This document shows, piece after piece, positions 45,410-53,692 of a DNA stretch of 64,000 nt. This stretch comes from Candidatus Saccharimonadota bacterium (lineage in GTDB: Bacteria; Patescibacteriota; Saccharimonadia; Saccharimonadales; Saccharimonadaceae): the NCBI GenBank assembly GCA_030523715.1, contig JAUNHY010000003.1:7201-71200 (forward strand), written 5' to 3'. The translations under genes and the position numbers were made by a program. The notes under the pieces were generated by a model, which was given only the letters and a program-made list of their open reading frames with translations, ran no database searches and had not been told where the DNA came from. Each line of letters begins with the position of its first letter. Position 1 is the stretch's first letter.

Positions 45410-46186
45410 TTATTTTCCGGCCACTTGAATTACTTTTTCAAACAGCATTGCAACCGTAAGTGGTCCTACTCCGCCAATCTTCGGCGTAAGTGTTAGGTCG
45501 TCGCGTTCGCGCGCGGCGTCGTCGAGGTCGCCTTTTATCACGCCGCCTTCCGAAGCTGTACCAGCATCGACGATTACGCCACCATACTTGATCATGGTAG
45601 CCTTAATCAGGCCCGGTACACCTGTCGCCGTTACGATTACATCGTAATCAGATAGTAAGTTCAAATCACTACCTTTATCAAAAACCGTCACATCATAGTT
45701 GCTCTCGCGCCACATTTTTTCAAGCGGAGCACCAACCAACTTTCCATGACCGACGATTGCCAGTTTTTTATTCTCAAGCTCGACGCCATAGCCAGTCAAT
45801 AGCCAATGAATCGCCATCGCGGTTGCCGTATCGGATTCGCCACGAAGACCATCAACATCTTTTGCGAGCGGAATCAGATCCAAAATCTTCATATCGCACT
45901 CAGCGAGCGGCAATTGTACGATAATTCCCGTCACTTTTTCATCATCGGCTGCGGTGTGCAATTTTTCCTCCGCATCCGCCGCTGTTAATTTTATTACTTC
46001 AACATCGATATTAATATCTTCGCCGTATTTCTGCTTTAGTGACATGTATTTTGCGATTACTGGCGAATCGTTATCGTAGAAAATCGTGAGCTTCGGAAAA
46101 ATCTTTTTTGCCCGTAATTGGCGCACTTGTCTAGCCTGACGTTCTTTTACGTAGCCAGCCAATTCACGCCCGTTTAATTCTTTCAT
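45410..46186 (-). CDS. folD: Methylenetetrahydrofolate dehydrogenase/cyclohydrolase
   Basis: GRELAGYVKERQA N-terminus, VGHGKLVGAPL Rossmann loop, and PKIGGVGPLTVAML C-terminal motif. Short form (258 aa). Confidence 0.88.
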   Translation of the reverse strand: MKELNGRELAGYVKERQARQVRQLRAKKIFPKLTIFYDNDSPVIAKYMSLKQKYGEDINIDVEVIKLTAADAEEKLHTAADDEKVTGIIVQLPLAECDMKILDLIPLAKDVDGLRGESDTATAMAIHWLLTGYGVELENKKLAIVGHGKLVGAPLEKMWRESNYDVTVFDKGSDLNLLSDYDVIVTATGVPGLIKATMIKYGGVIVDAGTASEGGVIKGDLDDAARERDDLTLTPKIGGVGPLTVAMLFEKVIQVAGK

Positions 46187-47214
46187 TTATCTCCTAATTC
46201 CATTGGCTCTTGTTCGAGTTTGTAGCCGTACTTCTCGTAGACCGCATCGATTACGGCTTGGCGAGCCTTAGCGAGATCGGCATAATTCTTGGCGCTCTCA
46301 TTTATTAATACTAGTGCCGCCTTATCCGATACGCGCATGCCGTAAAATTCCTTGCCTTTTAGCCCGGCATTTTCAATCAGCCAGCCGCTCGGCACTTTGC
46401 CACCATCCCAAACCGGTATGCCCTTTGCCTCGGCCTTTTTTGTTTCTTCTTCGTCGAGATAAACATTCTTAAAGAAGGAGCCGGCGGATGCAAATTCGGC
46501 CGGATCCGGCAACTTGCCAGCACGTACGGCTGCCACGCCATCGCGAATTACCTGCGGATTAAACTCGGTAATTTTATGTTCGTCAAAATATGCTTGAAGG
46601 GAAGTGTAAAACGGAGGTTTGAGCCAATTCTTGTGTAATTCCAGAGTTACACTCGTAATAAAATAGCGGCCAACACCATCTCCAGTATTGAATATGCTGT
46701 GACGATAGCCCAAATCTAGTTCGTCGGCCATCATGTGCTTGAAACAGTTATCTTTATTGTCGTAAACGCAAACCGAATGTAGCGTTTGCGCAATTTCTTG
46801 CCCATATGCGCCAACGTTCTGTACCGGCGCAGCTCCGACGGTGCCCGGAATTTTGCTTAAAGCCTCAATCCCGCACCAACCATAGAATTCGCCATTCCAA
46901 AGCTTTACGCTGTACTCAACTAAATCATCGAGTAATTCGCCACTTTTTGCGCATAGGCGAATACTATCTTTATCGCTATCTATTACATAAATCCCATGCA
47001 ATTTGTTGACGAAAATTACACCATTAAATCCTCCGTCGCGGCCGATTACATTACTGCCGCCGCCCAAAATATAAGTTGGTAAATCTTTTTCTTTCGCGAA
47101 ACGATAAGCCTCAGCGAGGTCTTTGTCTTCCTCTATCTCAATGACATACCTTGCGGCGCCACCGAGCCTCATGGTTGTTAATTCTGCTATTGGTACATTT
47201 TCGCGAATCTTCAT
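46183..47214 (-). CDS. murB: UDP-N-acetylenolpyruvoylglucosamine reductase
   Basis: LTTMRLGGAARY...ILGGGSNVI FAD-binding N-terminus. ATGA overlap with folD. Confidence 0.9.
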   Translation of the reverse strand: MKIRENVPIAELTTMRLGGAARYVIEIEEDKDLAEAYRFAKEKDLPTYILGGGSNVIGRDGGFNGVIFVNKLHGIYVIDSDKDSIRLCAKSGELLDDLVEYSVKLWNGEFYGWCGIEALSKIPGTVGAAPVQNVGAYGQEIAQTLHSVCVYDNKDNCFKHMMADELDLGYRHSIFNTGDGVGRYFITSVTLELHKNWLKPPFYTSLQAYFDEHKITEFNPQVIRDGVAAVRAGKLPDPAEFASAGSFFKNVYLDEEETKKAEAKGIPVWDGGKVPSGWLIENAGLKGKEFYGMRVSDKAALVLINESAKNYADLAKARQAVIDAVYEKYGYKLEQEPMELGDK

Positions 47215-47317
47215 ATCTCAATTATATCATGAGCCGTATAATTGACCAAATGTAAAGAAAATAATATAATATATACCGCACCTTAAAAAATCATGACAAG
47301 AAAAGGGGGAATATGGT

Positions 47318-48352
47318 TTGGCAAATGAAAAACTTAGCCCAGAAGTCGCTGCGCAAATAGAACAATTTCGCCGCGAATTCGAGGAACATCTTTCGCACCC
47401 GAGCCTTGGCCTGGCGTCAAGAATGCGTTCCGAGCTCAATCGCCGCCAGATGGCTTACGCGAAATACGACAAGTATATTTTGGCGCCCATTCCGCAGGAT
47501 TATCCACTGCCCGCAAAAGGTAAGCTGATTCTCCGTGAGAAAGACGATGAAGACCCGACGCCATACGTAACTGTAATCTGCGATATGACACCCGCTTTCC
47601 AGCGTAACGATATCCGACGCGCCCGTCAGAACCTTATCGACAACTCTCAGAGCTTTGACTATGTTGCGCTTAGCGACGATGAGTGGGGCGATTTGATCGA
47701 TCGCGAAATCGAAAAGCGTGATAATCTACCGATACCGTACTATCATGAGGCGTTACGGGATTTTACGATCTATTCGGACGATGGCGTAATTCTGCCGTTT
47801 TGTCGCAGTAATTTACCTCGCATCAAATACAATGGCTACGACATCATTCCGGTGGTTGACACGCTCGTCAACTGCGAGCGCAATCAATTGCTGCTGTTTG
47901 GCCTTGGCCTGATGAATATCGAAGAAGATATCTACCAAGTTACAATCTACTGGTTTGGAAATGTTAAATCCGACTATCACGACAACGTGGTTCGTACTCT
48001 GCTGGGATATTTCTATGCTCAGTGGGCTTTCCACACTTGTCCCGAGCGCATTATAGAAGTTCGTCCCGGAGATCCCGATCCGTTCGAAGAGGAAGACGCA
48101 GCCCAGAAAAAGCCGCGTAAGGACTATGCACGCCGGCCCGGCCAGGCTAGCATTGCGCGCAAAATCTATATTCGCGACTATCCATCCGATAAGAAACGCG
48201 CCATCGAGCGCCGCTGTCGCTGCTGGTATGTGCATGGCTTTATGCGTACTTACAAGAACGGTAAACAGGTCTGGATTGATGGCTACTTCAAGGGCCCCGA
48301 CCGCGATAATCCGAATGCTCGCCAACACACTAAAGATTATGTCATGACCTAA
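47318..48352 (+). CDS. Hypothetical 344-aa protein (mildly GC-elevated)
   Basis: TTG start 6 nt after GGGGGA. No TM. C-terminal RRCRCWYVHGFMRTYKNGKQVWIDGYFKGP motif of unknown family. Uses CCG/CCC Pro codons and two CGG Arg codons. Confidence 0.55.
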   Translation: MANEKLSPEVAAQIEQFRREFEEHLSHPSLGLASRMRSELNRRQMAYAKYDKYILAPIPQDYPLPAKGKLILREKDDEDPTPYVTVICDMTPAFQRNDIRRARQNLIDNSQSFDYVALSDDEWGDLIDREIEKRDNLPIPYYHEALRDFTIYSDDGVILPFCRSNLPRIKYNGYDIIPVVDTLVNCERNQLLLFGLGLMNIEEDIYQVTIYWFGNVKSDYHDNVVRTLLGYFYAQWAFHTCPERIIEVRPGDPDPFEEEDAAQKKPRKDYARRPGQASIARKIYIRDYPSDKKRAIERRCRCWYVHGFMRTYKNGKQVWIDGYFKGPDRDNPNARQHTKDYVMT

Positions 48353-48355
48353 AAA

Positions 48356-48386
48356 GCGGGCGCCCCACCGAGGGACGCCCCTTTTT
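48356..48386 (+). terminator. Rho-independent terminator
   Basis: GC-rich stem gggcgcccc/gggacgccc (one mismatch) followed by ttttt. Confidence 0.7.
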
Positions 48387-48409
48387 CATGCTAAAATAGA
48401 GCAGTAAGT

Positions 48410-48485
48410 GCACCCGTAGCTCAGTGGATAGAGCACTGGTTTCCGGTACCAGGTGTCGGAGGTTCGACTCCTCTCGGGTGTACCA
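48410..48485 (+). tRNA. tRNA-Arg (anticodon CCG)
   Basis: Acceptor gcacccg/cgggtgt (G1-U72 wobble), anticodon stem ctggt/accag, loop ttccggt, T-loop ttcgact, encoded CCA. Confidence 0.88.
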
Positions 48486-48495
48486 TTTTTTGTGC

Positions 48496-48522
48496 ATAAA
48501 AATGCCCCGCATCGTGCGGGGC
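48496..48522 (-). terminator. Minus-strand terminator for the small HhH gene
   Basis: Stem gccccgc/gcggggc with the T-rich tract on the minus strand. Confidence 0.6.
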
Positions 48523-48549
48523 GCGCAGTTTCGGACGTGAGCCTGTTGC

Positions 48550-48801
48550 TCAGCTGTCCTTGTGGATATGTCGGAAGAGGAAGAGGTAAACCTCATGGAG
48601 CTTCTCCTTTTCGTCGGCGGAGATACCTTCGATTTTGTCGAGCTCAGTCGGCTCAGTCTTCAGCAGATCCTCGATGATGCTGATGCCTTGCTTCTGCAGC
48701 GCGGCGATAGTGCTAGCCTTCAGCACGCGCAAACGCGTAATGCTGTGGGCTTCTTCAAGGCGGAACAAATAGCCCTGAACGGCGCGAGGAATTTGATACA
48801 T
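48550..48801 (-). CDS. 83-aa helix-hairpin-helix protein resembling the RNA polymerase alpha C-terminal domain
   Basis: LKASTIAALQKQGISIIEDLLKTEPTELDKIEGISADEKEKL parallels the alpha-CTD HhH pattern. Start chosen at ATG 48801, preceded by GGAGGTGG. Confidence 0.5.
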   Translation of the reverse strand: MYQIPRAVQGYLFRLEEAHSITRLRVLKASTIAALQKQGISIIEDLLKTEPTELDKIEGISADEKEKLHEVYLFLFRHIHKDS

Positions 48802-48931
48802 AGTCCACCTCCAATGTGCTAGGAAATTCCGAATTTTTGGCGAATCCCAAAAATTCAGCCCGCTTCCTACGCGGACTATCAAAAATATACCACATCATAA
48901 GCTTTTTGTCAAGACACATCTGGTGGAATCG

Positions 48932-48940
48932 TGATATAAT
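48932..48940 (+). promoter_or_regulatory. Extended -10 (TGATATAAT), 10 nt upstream of tRNA-Arg(UCG)
   Basis: Perfect TGnTATAAT. Confidence 0.5.
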
Positions 48941-48950
48941 ACTCACAGAT

Positions 48951-49027
48951 GCACCCGTAGCTCAGTGGATTAGAGCACCTGTCTTCGGAACAGGGGGTCG
49001 TGAGTTCGAATCTCTCCGGGTGTACCA
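48951..49027 (+). tRNA. tRNA-Arg (anticodon UCG)
   Basis: Same acceptor stem as the CCG isoacceptor, anticodon stem cctgt/acagg, loop cttcgga. The T-stem has one U-U mismatch. Encoded CCA. Confidence 0.8.
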
Positions 49028-49030
49028 TCC

Positions 49031-49052
49031 GAGACTCCCTAGTCTCTTTTTT
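49031..49052 (+). terminator. Rho-independent terminator after tRNA-Arg
   Basis: Stem gagact/agtctc followed by tttttt. Confidence 0.7.
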
Positions 49053-49060
49053 GTTATAAT
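49052..49060 (+). promoter_or_regulatory. Extended -10 (TGTTATAAT), 6 nt upstream of ATG 49067
   Basis: Perfect TGnTATAAT. No SD. Confidence 0.5.
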
Positions 49061-49066
49061 AAAAAC

Positions 49067-49252
49067 ATGAGTGTAATTGGTTTTTCTAGCGTGATGAACA
49101 CGCGCCGCCATATTCGCGCAGCTGAAAATAGGCGTGCCAGAGAAAAGAAGGCAGAAAAAGCACTGACGATGCTTCATCTGAAAGCCCAGAGCGAGATTGG
49201 GAGGCGATGGCGAAGGCCGCCGAGCAAGAACGTCAGCGTCGAGCTGCAATAG
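49067..49252 (+). CDS. 61-aa Arg/Lys-rich ORF
   Basis: Supported mainly by the leaderless-type promoter geometry. Overlaps the next ORF by 46 nt in another frame. Confidence 0.35.
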   Translation: MSVIGFSSVMNTRRHIRAAENRRAREKKAEKALTMLHLKAQSEIGRRWRRPPSKNVSVELQ

Positions 49253-49746
49253 AAGCTGAGCGTAAAACAGCATGGGGCGAAAAGTGGAGCGAGCAAACCG
49301 ATGACAGAAAAGAGCGTATGTTGATAGCACATCTTTGTAATTATGATAAATTATCGTATGTGGGATGGGGCGAATCTTTCTTTACCAATGCGCCTTTAGG
49401 TGAAGAAGAAAGTTATCACGACCGAATCAGGCGCCAAACATTTGATGCATCGCAGCGTCTGAAATACGGTAGAGGATATAAAGACGTTAGAATGCTTAAG
49501 AAAGTTATTTCTCACTATCCGGATCAAAAAGAATATGCCGAATTATTAATTGAACGTATCCGAGAATTGGACGCGCGCGATGGCATGACGCCGCGTGAAT
49601 ATCGTATTGCCCTGCGTCAACAAAAGAAGCGCGGTGAAACAGGCGATGAAAAAGCTGTGCATTCCGATGTAATGGAAAGACTTGGCGAAGAAATAATTGA
49701 AGCCGGTGAGGCGACAAGTGAGGATAAAGATGGAGCAGAAAAATAA
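49207..49746 (+). CDS. Hypothetical 179-aa charged helical protein
   Basis: The ATG sits only 2 nt after GGGAGG. This frame is closed upstream by TAG at 49129-49131. Confidence 0.45.
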   Translation: MAKAAEQERQRRAAIEAERKTAWGEKWSEQTDDRKERMLIAHLCNYDKLSYVGWGESFFTNAPLGEEESYHDRIRRQTFDASQRLKYGRGYKDVRMLKKVISHYPDQKEYAELLIERIRELDARDGMTPREYRIALRQQKKRGETGDEKAVHSDVMERLGEEIIEAGEATSEDKDGAEK

Positions 49747-52144
49747 TCCCCAGCCAACTAAGGGAAAAACCGAAACCACAGAGTCGAAAGCCAAAGCTGA
49801 GCCGACGCTAAAAACCGAAGTGCCTACACCTAAGGAAGAACAACCAAAAAAGAAGGGCGATGGCTGGATAAAGTTCCTTCGCATCTTAATATGGTGCGCC
49901 GTAATAATTATCCTAACAGTCGGACTTCAACTTCGTGCTCTTAGTAGGACCTCTTCTGCATACGCTGACGGTTCATATGCGGCTAAAGCTAATCTTGGCA
50001 ATACGCTTTTCTGGATAGGTTTAATTCTCGGTCTCGCCAACCTTGCCTGGGGTGCTTATCGTTGGTTCTCGCGTCTCGTTAAAGAAAAATGGAAAGCTGG
50101 TAAGATTATTGGTAAACTTATTGGCGGTGGTATCTGGCGCACTTTAGCGATTATGCCAGTAATTGCTATCGCGTATTTCTTTATCTCTCCGGCAATTATC
50201 GCCAAAACCGCACCAAAAACGACGGAATTTACGAAATACGGCTCAGTTCTGCATAACGTTGACGTTGAAGATATGGAAAGCCTTTCCGAAAACGAAAAAG
50301 AGCAATTGATCGAATTACTATTTCTACCAAATGTTAAATTCGACACGGATGCCAGTCAGAATATTTCGACAAAAAAATCATTGTTTACGCCTAGTGCTTA
50401 TGCCGGCTCAAAAGTGACAGTTCTAAATAAGGCGAAACTCTCGCCAGACAAAAAATTCGTAATCTTCTATACCGACACTGGAGACGATAAAGTTTCCGAC
50501 GATGGTGTTGCAAACATGGGAGCCATGCTCGATGAAATTGTAAAATCTTATAAAACCATCTATGGCCAAAACCTTGATTATCATAAATCCGATTTCAATG
50601 GCGTAGATAATACTGAAACCATGCAGAAAGTTTTAGCTAGCAATGGCATCGACAAAAACATCATGAACACGGCTATGCCAGTATATATCGTCAATCCTTA
50701 CACGGATAACATTGAGGGGACTTTGGCTTCATATGCTGGAACGGAATGGAACGATGAAACGCACCAAAAGGCGCTAAGATGGGCATTTATTGCCGAAAAA
50801 TATCAAAGAGAACAGGCAAATCTATATAAGTCGGCTCCTAGCCTACCATTTATCCATGTTCAACCGGAGGCGGTCGGAAATATTAGTACGTACGAATCCG
50901 TCGCGCACGAGCTGGGGCACCATTACATATCGAATTATTGTTTCATTAATGGCGGTGGTAGCTGCGAGATTCATAAAGCATTAAATGAAGCCACGGCAAA
51001 TTATCTAGCTATTAATGTTACGCCATCGGAAAAACAGGGTGAGGTCATTAATGGGCATTATCAATCATTTTTAATTGGCAACTGTTACTCGCCAGACAAG
51101 ACTATCCAGGAGCCAATCAAGAATTATGGATGTCATAGTACGGGTAGTTTTATAGGATATCCGGCCTTGGCTTATGTCCATAATTATTCAAAAACCGTTC
51201 CTAACGGTAGCAAGATTATATTTGATTCATTTATGCAGAGTAATCAGATTGAGTATCTTGCAGCTCAGGCCGGCCAAGCAAATTACAAAAAAGTCATGCA
51301 GGCATACTCTTCCCATACCATCCTGAATGATTATGGTATCAAAGACTTAAATGCGGATTCGCTACCAAATGGTCATAAAGTTCCATGCTATGACTTCTGT
51401 ACGGAAGATTATAAGATGTTCTATTCGAGTATACGTTTTATGTATGCCACGAAGTCGGATTTCTTAAACAAAACTATAAAAATGACCACGAATGATAACG
51501 ATATTACTTTCCAATTGTTTGGCGAAAAAAATGATACTTGGCAAATAATCGAATCGGCGGATAGTGAAATATCCTTTACATTCCTGGGAAAGACCGAATA
51601 CGACACGGTAGCCTTCTCGCCAATAAACTATTCCGCAGACCAAGACCGCATGATTACGATTAGTATTTCCGATAGCGAAATTGAGGAAATTCTCGAAGAG
51701 CCGGAGCCGACGGAAGAGGAAGAGGAGGACCCGTACAATCCTGTAACCACGGACGATAATGGCTGTATGCGCATCGAGATCAAGAGTCTCATGGAGCTTC
51801 CGGGCAGGCTTTATAAAATTCTCAGCGAATCGGAATTTTCCGAGAGTGAAATCGCCAAAGAGCTTCAGCAGGCCGACAAGGATGCGACTGCCGCTGCTGA
51901 AAAAATCGACTTCGAGATTTTGACTATCTGCGAAGATAAGATTAAGCAGGGTATATCATTTGACCAGGCCAATTCAATTATTAAAAAATCCACGCATTCT
52001 TTCCATCTTGGCACTAATAAGAGTAGTGAAGCGAATATTTCGGCATTAGTAAGATATGAGCCACTTACGCGTCGAGCCAAAGGTTATGTTTTGGTCGAAA
52101 CGCCAGACATTGGTCTCCATTTATATAGCATTATGGTCGATTAA
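49730..52144 (+). CDS. Membrane-anchored gluzincin-type metalloprotease candidate
   Basis: Start at ATG 49730 (GAGGA 5 nt upstream). Disordered N-terminus, about 4 TM, then a large domain with HELGHH followed 21 aa later by ALNEATANY (thermolysin-like HExxH ... NExxSD spacing). Confidence 0.65.
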   Translation: MEQKNNPQPTKGKTETTESKAKAEPTLKTEVPTPKEEQPKKKGDGWIKFLRILIWCAVIIILTVGLQLRALSRTSSAYADGSYAAKANLGNTLFWIGLILGLANLAWGAYRWFSRLVKEKWKAGKIIGKLIGGGIWRTLAIMPVIAIAYFFISPAIIAKTAPKTTEFTKYGSVLHNVDVEDMESLSENEKEQLIELLFLPNVKFDTDASQNISTKKSLFTPSAYAGSKVTVLNKAKLSPDKKFVIFYTDTGDDKVSDDGVANMGAMLDEIVKSYKTIYGQNLDYHKSDFNGVDNTETMQKVLASNGIDKNIMNTAMPVYIVNPYTDNIEGTLASYAGTEWNDETHQKALRWAFIAEKYQREQANLYKSAPSLPFIHVQPEAVGNISTYESVAHELGHHYISNYCFINGGGSCEIHKALNEATANYLAINVTPSEKQGEVINGHYQSFLIGNCYSPDKTIQEPIKNYGCHSTGSFIGYPALAYVHNYSKTVPNGSKIIFDSFMQSNQIEYLAAQAGQANYKKVMQAYSSHTILNDYGIKDLNADSLPNGHKVPCYDFCTEDYKMFYSSIRFMYATKSDFLNKTIKMTTNDNDITFQLFGEKNDTWQIIESADSEISFTFLGKTEYDTVAFSPINYSADQDRMITISISDSEIEEILEEPEPTEEEEEDPYNPVTTDDNGCMRIEIKSLMELPGRLYKILSESEFSESEIAKELQQADKDATAAAEKIDFEILTICEDKIKQGISFDQANSIIKKSTHSFHLGTNKSSEANISALVRYEPLTRRAKGYVLVETPDIGLHLYSIMVD

Positions 52145-52146
52145 TC

Positions 52147-52178
52147 AAAAAGCGGAGCCATGAAGGCCCCGCTTTTTA
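52147..52178. terminator. Bidirectional rho-independent terminator
   Basis: Stem gcggagcc/ggccccgc (one mismatch) flanked by an A-run and a T-run. Confidence 0.7.
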
Positions 52179-52186
52179 GTGCGCCG

Positions 52187-52756
52187 TTATTTATTCATAT
52201 ACCATTTGGCGAATTGATGAATTGCATCGCCATAATATTGGCGTTTTAGTTCGTAGCTTTCGTCGCCGATTTCGGCGAGCGTGCGCGTTTCGCCATCTGG
52301 AATGTAGAAGAAATCGTGCCAACGACCATCGTTGCCGCGTTTCTCGGTTATAGTACTGCCAGTGCTACCGCCCTTAAAAACGACTGGTTCTTGGCCGGGC
52401 TCGCAGTAGGCGAAGCAATGTTCGATGTAAGCCTTACGATTTTTCTCGTTCTTGATTAAACTTAGAAATTTCTCGACGCCAATTTGCTTATCGAAGTAGG
52501 CGTTGTATGGGCCAGGCAAGCCACCCAAAGCCTCGAGATATAGGCCAGTGTCGGACTTTAGGCATGGTTTGCCGAGTTTGTTGGCGCCGTATTTTGCGGT
52601 AAAGGCGACCACTTCGGCGCAGGTCTTAGCTTGAATCTCGTAGAGCTCGAAATCTGGATCCATAATTTCCAAATCGAAGCCATATTGATCGATTAAGACT
52701 TCGGCTGCCTCGCGGTATTTAAATTGATTGCTAGTCAAATATAGTAATTTTTTCAT
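52187..52756 (-). CDS. rdgB: Non-canonical purine NTP pyrophosphatase (HAM1/RdgB family)
   Basis: LTSNQFKYREA...EIQ...KSDTGLYLEALGGLPGPY pattern. Start at ATG 52756, 5 nt after GAGG. Confidence 0.75.
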   Translation of the reverse strand: MKKLLYLTSNQFKYREAAEVLIDQYGFDLEIMDPDFELYEIQAKTCAEVVAFTAKYGANKLGKPCLKSDTGLYLEALGGLPGPYNAYFDKQIGVEKFLSLIKNEKNRKAYIEHCFAYCEPGQEPVVFKGGSTGSTITEKRGNDGRWHDFFYIPDGETRTLAEIGDESYELKRQYYGDAIHQFAKWYMNK

Positions 52757-52802
52757 AAAAAACCTCGTAATAATAAATAAAAACAAAAGATATAATTAGA
52801 GA

Positions 52803-52964
52803 CTAACGCTCTTGCGCGTTTTGGCGTTCACGCTCATCCGCACGCTCATGCTCAACGCGACGCTCATTCAAGATGCGCTCATCCTGCGCATTCACATACA
52901 CTAACAAAATAACCAGGCCACCAGCCAGTAAGACAGACCAAATTATTCCAAATAGTATACTCAT
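52803..52964 (-). CDS. 53-aa membrane peptide with an E/R-repeat tail
   Basis: Hand-translated as MSILFGIIWSVLLAGGLVILLVYVNAQDERILNERRVEHERADERERQNAQER. An extended -10 lies directly upstream. Confidence 0.4.
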   Translation of the reverse strand: MSILFGIIWSVLLAGGLVILLVYVNAQDERILNERRVEHERADERERQNAQER

Positions 52965-52970
52965 GGTTCT

Positions 52971-52979
52971 ATTGTATCA
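52971..52979 (-). promoter_or_regulatory. Extended -10 (TGATACAAT), 6 nt upstream of ATG 52964
   Basis: Read on the reverse complement. Confidence 0.4.
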
Positions 52980-52993
52980 GAAAACTTATGCTT

Positions 52994-53002
52994 TGCTATA
53001 AT
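52994..53002 (+). promoter_or_regulatory. Extended -10 (TGCTATAAT), 6 nt upstream of GTG 53009
   Basis: Perfect TGnTATAAT. It lies inside the longer ORF-track prediction. Confidence 0.45.
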
Positions 53003-53008
53003 AAAATA

Positions 53009-53692
53009 GTGAATATTTTGGAAACAGAAAAACTGACAAAAATATATGGCAAAGGCAGTAATTCCATTAAGGCCGTAGATAATGTTTCGTTTAAAGTTAA
53101 GGAAGGCGATTTTATCTCAATCGTCGGCACTTCCGGTTCGGGTAAATCGACCCTACTTCATCTATTGGGTGGCGTTGATCGGCCAACTTCCGGTAGGGTG
53201 CTCATTGATGGCAAAGATATTTATAAACTATCGAACAATGAATTAGCTATTTTTCGTCGTCGTGAGATTGGAATCGTTTACCAATCTTTTAACTTGATTC
53301 CAATATTAAACGTCGAAGATAATATCACTCTCCCACTTAAGCTGGACCATCAGAAAATTAACAATAAAAAGCTGGAGCATATATTAGGATTATTAAGCAT
53401 CAAGAGGCAGAGAAAGTATCTACCAAACCAACTTTCGGGTGGCCAACAACAACGCGTGGCAATAGCCCGAGCCTTAATTGGCGACCCTTGTGTCATCTTG
53501 GCTGATGAGCCGACCGGCAATCTTGATTCAAAAAATAGTCAAGAAATAATCGGGCTGCTACGTGCTCTTAATGATGATAGTGGATGCACAATTATTATCG
53601 TTACGCACGATGAAAATATAGCCAGACACACTAAGCGAATTATTCGTTTCGAAGATGGCAGAATAGTCGAAGACGAGAGAAAAAATACATGA
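53009..53692 (+). CDS. ABC transporter ATP-binding protein (MacB/LolD-like)
   Basis: Walker [10 protein letters not shown], signature [15 protein letters not shown], Walker [12 protein letters not shown]. Start moved to GTG 53009 (VNILETEKL...), which matches the paralog N-terminus MSILKVTNL. Confidence 0.88.
   Translation: MNILETEKLTKIYGKGSNSIKAVDNVSFKVKEGDFISIVGTSGSGKSTLLHLLGGVDRPTSGRVLIDGKDIYKLSNNELAIFRRREIGIVYQSFNLIPILNVEDNITLPLKLDHQKINNKKLEHILGLLSIKRQRKYLPNQLSGGQQQRVAIARALIGDPCVILADEPTGNLDSKNSQEIIGLLRALNDDSGCTIIIVTHDENIARHTKRIIRFEDGRIVEDERKNT

Noticed and set aside
52988-53008. Upstream ATG 52988 as the start of the first ABC ATPase (ORF-track prediction).
   Set aside because: The extra 7 codons contain the TGCTATAAT promoter element. 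The GTG at 53009 gives an N-terminus collinear with the paralog at 55897.
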